Assembly (NCBI RefSeq): GCF_964204645.1
Contig: NC_134030.1
Span: 727,355-791,354 of the forward strand
DNA from: Tubulanus polymorphus
Lineage: Eukaryota > Animalia > Nemertea
Reading direction: 5' to 3'
Length of the DNA: 64,000 nt
A program made the translations under genes and the position numbers. The notes under the pieces were generated by a model, which made no database searches, was not told the DNA's origin, and worked only from the letters and a program-made list of their open reading frames with translations. Shown one piece after another: positions 56,836-64,000 of this stretch; position 1 is the stretch's first letter; each line of letters opens with the position of its first letter.

Positions 56836-57007
56836 TTTGAATCCTGACAGTGACAGAGTTTCTTCTCTCAACTAGCCACACTAGGAGGGTTTGAATCCTG
56901 ACAGTGACAGAGTTTCTTCTCTCAACTAGCCACACTAGGAGGGTTTGAATCCTGACAGTGACAGAGTTTCTTCTCTCAACTAGCCACACTAGGAGGGTTT
57001 GAATCCT
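56836..57007. repeat. 54-bp tandem repeat x3
   Basis: tttgaatcctgacagtgacagagtttcttctctcaactagccacactaggaggg. Confidence 0.85.
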
Positions 57008-57354
57008 ATGTCGCATGCCATAGAAGGAATATAGATTTATGTGAAATCTTAACCGTCGTGTGCTGCCCCTATACATATCGTTGACGGTGAACGCGTGAAC
57101 TAACTTATTACTCGCATGCCACAATAGGAACATTGTGCTGTAGGGTTAGTTCACACGATCGCCGCTTACGGTATATACAGAGACAGCACTTGACGGTCGA
57201 GATCTGTGACACCACTGACGGGTCGGATTGCGATTAGATAAAAGCTGACTGACACTACGAACATCGTCACAATTTGTTCTCATCGGAGTCAGCTTTCCAC
57301 CTACTATGCAACCTTAGGCCTAACTTTTTAAGACAGATGAAATAAGTCAAAATC

Positions 57355-57940
57355 CATAGAAGCAACAACAGTACAAATCTCATTTTCTAATGAGTAATAT
57401 ATATCTATTAAGCGAACGTTTTCGGGAGTTACATTATCCCCTCTTCAGGCATAGCGTGAGTGATTAAATTTACATATCATACTGGTATTTATATAGAATT
57501 AGACGAAGCTAATTACAAACAATTTCAATGAGTGAAATTAGAAATGAAATTCAATGAGATGAAATAAGTGCTTCGGAATTGCTACAATCTGCGGTACCCG
57601 GATCGTAGACGACCATGAGATCAGTCACATGGTCGTCAGGGCACATATACACCTTCTTAATGTCACATGACTTTAATAAAATCACTCCTAGAATAAATAC
57701 AATACAGGTCACGTGTACCGCGATACCGCGAGATAAGTTTAAATCACGTGGGTGTGAGTTTTTATTATAGGTCACGATATAAACGTTTATGGAAAAGATA
57801 AATATCTTCACTTGTTTTCTAATGAGTAATATATATATTTATCAAAGCGAACGTTTTCGGGAGATACCGAAAACATTCGCTATAATAAATATATATTACT
57901 CATTAGAAAATGATATTTGTGCTGTTTTTGCTTCTATGAC
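57355..57940. mobile_element. Penelope-like remnant with inverted terminal segments and a hammerhead motif (57412-57450, minus strand)
   Basis: CUGAAGA-G-GGGA..UCCC-GAAA-ACGU-UC on the minus strand; 57355-57410 is an inverted repeat of about 57885-57940. Confidence 0.5.
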
Positions 57941-58135
57941 TCTCTACCTAAGATCATCTTCACTTGTCTTGTGATAGCACCTACGAGAAATCTCGAGATA
58001 TGTATAAATCACGTGGGTGTGTGTTTTTTATAGGTCACCATGTGCCCTGATTGGAGTCCAACCATAAATATAACTTCGGTGATAGCACCTGATAATTCTA
58101 ATAGTTGTCTGTGGGTGTAAGCGTTGAAGTCGATC

Positions 58136-60969
58136 ATGATGGTTGAGATATCATCGATTCAGTGGCGTGGATTATTAATAACGGTTTGTTTAATCCTGGT
58201 TTATCATCTACAAATATGCTCGTCGTCAAAAGATTGTTTATGGACGGGTGGATGCAAGTGTAAAATGAGCGACGGGAGTGGTTTTATTGATCTGTCATCA
58301 ATTGACAGTAACAATCCTCATAAACCCGCGTAAGTCATTATTTTACTAGTTCATTGATACCCTACCAGGGGGAGTTATGAAGAGAGAATCCCACAATAAT
58401 AACGGAAAAACAAAGTCCAAAAATGTAACCGAAGCTAGTGGTTTATTTAACGTTTCGACTTTATCCTATTAGCAAATGACTATTATTTGGAAAAAGTCGG
58501 GGTTGAACAAACTGCACTAGCTCAAGGAATACAGTATTCCTGAAGATGACTATCAGGATAAAGTCGAAACGTTGAATAAACTACACTAGCTCAAGGAATA
58601 CAGTATTCCTGAAGATGACTATTAGGATAAAGTCGAAACGTTGAATAAACTACACTAGCTCAAGGAATACAGTATTCCTGAAGATGACTATTAGGATATA
58701 GTCGAAACGTTGAATAAACTACACTAGCTCAAGGAATACAGTATTCCTGAAGATGACTATTAGGATAAAGTCGAAACGTTGAATAAACTACACTAGCTCA
58801 AGGAATACAGTATTCCTGAAGATGACTATTAGGATATAGTCGAAACGTTGAATAAACTACACTAGCTCAAGGAATACAGTATTCCTGAAGATGACTATTA
58901 GGATAAAGTCGAAATGTTGAATAAACTACACTAGCTCAAGGAATACAGTATTCCTGAAGATGACTATTAGGATATAGTCGAAACGTTGAATAAACTACAC
59001 TAGCTCAAGGAATACAGTATTCCTGAAGATAACTATTAGGATATAGTTGAAACGTTAAATAAACTACACATAGCTCAAGGAATACAGTATTCCTGAAGAT
59101 GACTATTAGGTTAAAGTTGAAACGTTGAATAAACTACTAGCTCTGTACTTAAGCGGGGCGGGCTTGAAAGAACACAGGTCAAAATAGCATTTCAGCACAT
59201 ATAACGGTCCATTAGTCAACGAAAGACGCACGAAAAGTAGCCAGGACCTTTTTTTTCATTTTTAGATTTTCTGTTAAGAATGAGTTTGGGGACGCTACGT
59301 ATTATTACAACCCGTGTACACCTTTCACGCTCGGTGATCTGTGTAAAGATGTTGTTGTAAGTAATTCTAATGTCCGTCTATTTCAACTTGACTTAAGAGC
59401 ACATCAGGTGATATAGCTCAGTCAGTTTCGATGGTACTAATTAAAGTCTTATTAGCATCAGAAAGCACTGGCAGTTGATCTCGAGAACATTGATTTATAA
59501 TCCATTTTAAACTGTATTGAAGGATATCCAAAAAGTCATCATTGAAAGGGGTTAGATAAAGAAAAGTGACTGCATGATTTGAATTTATAACAATATGTTT
59601 CCATGCCTATAAACCAAACTTCAATACAGTCAGGAATAGATTAAAATCAATGTTCTTGGTCAACTGCTTTTCACCATAAAAGGGAGCCCTTTCCTATCGA
59701 AAGAGGACAGATCCGGGATAAATCATTTGAGAATGAATTTCTGGTCCTAAATAAGACTTTGTACTACCAAGACTGACTGAACTAGGCCACTCGATGTGCT
59801 TTCAATTCAAATTGATATAGTTTCATTCTGTGACACAAAGCGCGTCCGATATTTCTCGACAGAATTGAAGAAAGATATCATTATTTTCAGGTTTGTGAAC
59901 AAAGGAATTTTTATCTATTTGGTGAAGCGACAGCTCCTGCGTCCTGGGTGTACATCGAGGAAACTCAGAGGATCGTCCTAAAGTACTATAGTACATTGGG
60001 GTAGCTATATACCACTCCGTTATTTCCACTTACTATCCGCTATACTACTCCGTTATTTCCACTCACTATCCGCTATACCACTCCGTTATTTCCACTCACT
60101 TCCCGCTATACCACTCCGTTATTTCCACTCACTTCCCGCTATACTACTCCGTTATTTCCACTCACCATCCGCTATACCACTCCGTTATTTCCACTCACTT
60201 CCCGCTATACCACTCCGTTATTTCCACTCACCATCCGCTATACCACTCCGTTATTTCCACTCACTTCCCGCTATACCACTCCGTTATTTCCACTCACCAT
60301 CCGCTATACCACTCCGTTATTTCCACTCACTTCCCGCTATACCACTCCGTTATTTCCACTCACTATCCGCTATACCACTCCGTTATTTCCACTCACTATC
60401 CGCTATACCACTCCGTTATTTCCACTCACTTCCCGCTATACCACTCCGTTATTTCCACTCACTATCCGCTATACCACTCCGTTATTTCCACTCACTATCC
60501 GCTATACCACTCCGTTATTTCCACTCACTATCCGCTATACCACTCCGTTATTTCCACTCACTATCCGCTATACCACTCCGTTATTTCCACTCACTATCCG
60601 CTATACCACTCCGTTATTTCCACTCACTATCCGCTATACCACTCCGTTATTTCCACTCACTTCCCGCTATACCACTCCGTTATTTCCACTCACTATCCGC
60701 TATACCACTCCGTTATTTCCACTCACTTTCCGCTATACCACTCCGTTATTTCCACTCACTATCCGCTATACCACTCCGTTATTTCCACTCACTTTCCGCT
60801 ATACAACTCCGTTATTTCCACTCACTTTCCGCTTAATTCATCACTTTGAATTCTATAGTAATTTTCACGTTTCTTTTCGTGCAGGTTTTCCAGCACTGAA
60901 GTTACATTGATTTGTACAGATAGTCAATTCACCGAGCTGAACGTGATCGACGACGTCAAATTTCCTACT
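58136..60969 (+). CDS. MRH-domain protein (cation-dependent mannose-6-phosphate receptor/ATG27-like), 5' part: exons 58136-58329, 59266-59356, 59891-60000, 60885-60969; further exons not found
   Basis: Signal peptide then CxCKMSDGSGFIDLSSI, YYYNPCTPF..C.DVVVCE, IVLKY, STEVTLIC; phases join to 480 nt. Confidence 0.8.
58510..59140 (+). ncRNA. Tandem array of 9 x 69-bp hammerhead ribozyme units, sense within intron 1 of the MRH gene
   Basis: Same unit as 45488-47052 in the opposite orientation, e.g. CTGAAGA 58609-58615, GAAA 58635-58638, predicted cut after 58642. Confidence 0.75.
60004..60833. repeat. 33-bp minisatellite x25 filling almost all of an MRH-gene intron
   Basis: ccgctataccactccgttatttccactcactat. 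Confidence 0.92.
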
Positions 60970-62066
60970 GTAAGTATGGAACAACGCTATCCATGGTTTT
61001 CTCGATTTTGTTGAAATAAGTAACGAGACGAGTAGTACTGTGTAGGTTCACTGTTTTTTGATACACGAGCTAAAAATAGCATTGTCGTTTATGGAAGAGG
61101 CCCGCGGCGTGTGAATTGCATAAAAACCTAAAGCATTTTAGAAAACTTAAATCTTCCAAACAGTTCTGATGTTGTAAAGAGTTTAGATGATCTTGTTACA
61201 GAAGATGGAATTGTCCGGTAAAAGTGTTTGTTTGCGAAAACAGGGGGCGTAGCGATGAACAAGAAAAGGCTTCATTTACGTAAGTAGGATGCAGTCTGCA
61301 ACTGTAGAGTTAATTTAAGAGAAATACAGAGGTAAATTGAACTATTTGGAGATTATATCATTTTTACTTCATTTTCTAGGAACGCCGATGCCGTGGATGT
61401 TACCCTCATGGAAAGACGGTATATCTGACGCACCTAGGAGTTTTGCTGGAGCAATTTTAACCCTCCCATCGATTATTCAAATCATATGTATACATGATCT
61501 AATAAAACTTTGTAAATCTATAAATGAATGCTCCATAGGCTTTGATTTTCAAGGAATATCGGAGTCCCTCGGGGGCGCGGATCAAGCAGGGAGGCCCCGT
61601 CGAAAATCCCTGGCGGTGCCCTAATTTGAAAAGTCACTTTCCCAGCCGCAACAAATAAAACAGCTGCCCAGTATGTATAGAAAATGTTTTTCTAATGGTC
61701 AATCTCAGGGGCAGCACTTGACGCTCACGATCTGACCTGACTCAGTATTCCTACTTCGGTATGCGAGTAATTAGTTAGTTCGCAGTTTCACCGCTAATTT
61801 ACTTTTAGGGGCAGCACTTGACGGTTAGCGAGAGATCCGACAGGTAAACCGTGGGTTCGAACTTGTTAGCATCGGAACTACTCAGACATACATACTTATA
61901 ACGAAGCAGAGTGCTGGAGAAACTGGATGGCATTCATTAAACACTTTTGAAAAAATGATAAAATTTGTTTTTTTTGTAATTTTGAAATGAATCAATGATT
62001 TACAAGGATTTGCAACATGTCTAGTCTTTTTCTTCCGTCTCCGGTGATGTAATAGAACACGGTACA

Positions 62067-62270
62067 ATCAAAGCGATCCGAGGCGAGGGTATGCCGCTCT
62101 ACAAGAGTCCGTTCGAGAAAGGCAAACTGATCATCCACTTCGACGTGAAATTCCCGAAGAAAAATTTCCTATCGAAAGATCAAATCGAATCTCTAGAGAA
62201 GTGCGTCTGCCGCCTCGTACGGAGACGATCGTCTCTGACGGACGCCGAGGAACACAATCTGGACGATCGT
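62067..62270 (+). pseudogene. Isolated, frameshifted fragment of a DnaJA (Hsp40 class A) C-terminal region
   Basis: IKAIRGEGMPLYKSPFEKGKLIIHFDVKFP..LEKC, then LPPRTETIVSD and AEEHNLDD in shifted frames; no other DnaJ exons in the window. Confidence 0.8.
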
Positions 62271-62448
62271 CAACTCCGATTTTCGAACTATTTCCGGAAT
62301 ATAGTTCCGACTAATGGACATTCTGTTTCGTTTAGTTCGACTATAGTTAACCAACTCAGATAACCGAAGGTGGCCCTGGGTTCGTGAAAATGATTCACGG
62401 GACCGGCCGTGAAAAGCAGTTAATTTTACAGCAGGGCAGTGAAATGGG

Positions 62449-62657
62449 GGTGTTACTAAAAACTATGCGCACCGGTACTAAAACGAAGACCTATGCACTT
62501 TGAGGTTATTAAAACTATTCATGACTAAAAAGAAATCCAAGATACTCGAAATCATCACTTGGGGCGCTCTGTACCACCTCTGCCTGAAACGTTAATTGGT
62601 CGGTTTTCTCGGGTGCATATAGTCTTCGTTTTTAGTAGTGCTTCGTTTTAGTAACAC
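62449..62657. mobile_element. MITE with gtgttactaaaa termini
   Basis: gtgttactaaaa..tactaaaacgaagacctatgcac / gtgcatatagtcttcgtttttagta..ttttagtaacac. Confidence 0.6.
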
Positions 62658-64000
62658 TTGTTGCTTAACTAAAATGAATGACACATTTCAAAAACAATCA
62701 TATTTATTCTCATACAACAATTATACAAAATGCCAGGTTTGTGCTCGAGGAATTATAACTTAAGTTCCTCAAACACGTGGACTTTCAAAAACAACTAGTC
62801 CAACCACCATAGGCGTATAAACTATAAACTAGAGTTTATACATCCATGGTCCAACCATAGACTCTAAAACAGAAACGTCTATGGCCCACAACCATGGACT
62901 CTTAAACCGTGAGTCCATGGCTCCCCGCACTAAAACCAGAGATAAACCTGGCCAAATACTCTGGAAAGCGTAGGATTAATCAATCTGATTTACATTCTTT
63001 ACATCATTTTATTTCACATATCATATTATTAACTTTTAGCTTATTTTCTCAAATTTTAATAGTAATTTTATTTCTATTACTATGTATGAAATTGTACTAA
63101 CTTAAAAACAAAGTTACATGTAAGGTATTTAGAAGTCTTTATCTACGATACATTTCCACTACAGCTGATTTATACAATTTGCATCAATAGGAAAATAACA
63201 AAAATACACAAAGAATTATGAACTTTGATCCATAAAAAAACTGAAAATTGAATTAGTCTGAAAGTCTAAGATTATGAATTTGACAATTCATGAGATCAGT
63301 AGATCAATATAACCGACACTTTGTTATATTTCATGAAATATGAATCTATCATGTCAATTTTTCAAATGACATCGATTGAGGACATCTCATTTATCAAGAA
63401 AAACCTCAACTTTATTCGATAGGACCTTAATAAAACAATGTTTTATGAACAATTGACATGAACATGTCGTTTTATCTCCACAACAACAATTATACCTAAA
63501 TGACAGGTATTCATGTACTGGAGGAAGTGCGTCAGTCATTTACAAAAACGTGACCTGTATTTCAAAAAAGTCTCCAACATAAAAACATTATAACCGGAGA
63601 TAAATCCACAAATTCAAACTGGAAAGCGTAAGATTAGATTAACTAAACAGTCTTAGATTTAATTTTCATTAACATTATTTTACAAGATAATTAGTTTTGC
63701 CACCTTTGCCTTGTATTTAAGAGGTTTCAAGACATTATCAAATTGGTTATTTTCTCAAATGTTACATTTAATGCAAAGTATTTTGGAGGTATTCTCTTCT
63801 ATGCATTCAACAAGAGTATATAAATCGAGTACATAAATATTGTTCAACTGACAATTTGAATAGAGCTAGGGCAATTACTAATAACTAATGGCTTTGCTAC
63901 AATTAAGTGAAGATTCAATAACTTACTTTTTGAGGTGCTTCTTGTGCAGATATTTCAGAACCCATATAGACATTGTTAAACCATGGTTTTAGAGTCCATA

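Noticed and set aside
61085-61285. Degenerate transposase fragment
   Set aside because: Coding-like composition (CELHKN.., ILENLNLP..) but interrupted and with no diagnostic motif I can name

Overview
AT-rich, intron-rich animal genomic DNA, probably a lophotrochozoan; a nemertean is suggested only by one toxin-like peptide (inference). Genes assembled by hand from GT-AG junctions: (1) a complete 15-exon glycerol kinase on the minus strand (1593-8460). (2) Head-to-head with it, a 7-exon ARM-TIR-SAM protein of 1006 aa (9124-15546) with an intact TIR catalytic-Glu motif. (3) A two-exon secreted 6-Cys peptide resembling nemertean cytolysin A-III/parborlysin (19075-19839). (4) Two duplicated copies of an orphan secreted beta-rich protein gene, one apparently broken. 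(5) A large C2H2 zinc-finger gene with a compact N-terminal module. (6) A five-domain VWA protein with recent internal duplications. (7) The 5' part of an MRH (mannose-6-phosphate-receptor-like) gene, plus an orphan DnaJA fragment. Introns are packed with MITEs, SINE heads and minisatellites. The most striking non-coding signal is two tandem arrays (23 and 9 copies) of a 69-bp unit that folds as a minimal, dimer-type Penelope-associated hammerhead ribozyme. One array is in sense orientation inside a host intron, and several solitary hammerheads of other families are also present.
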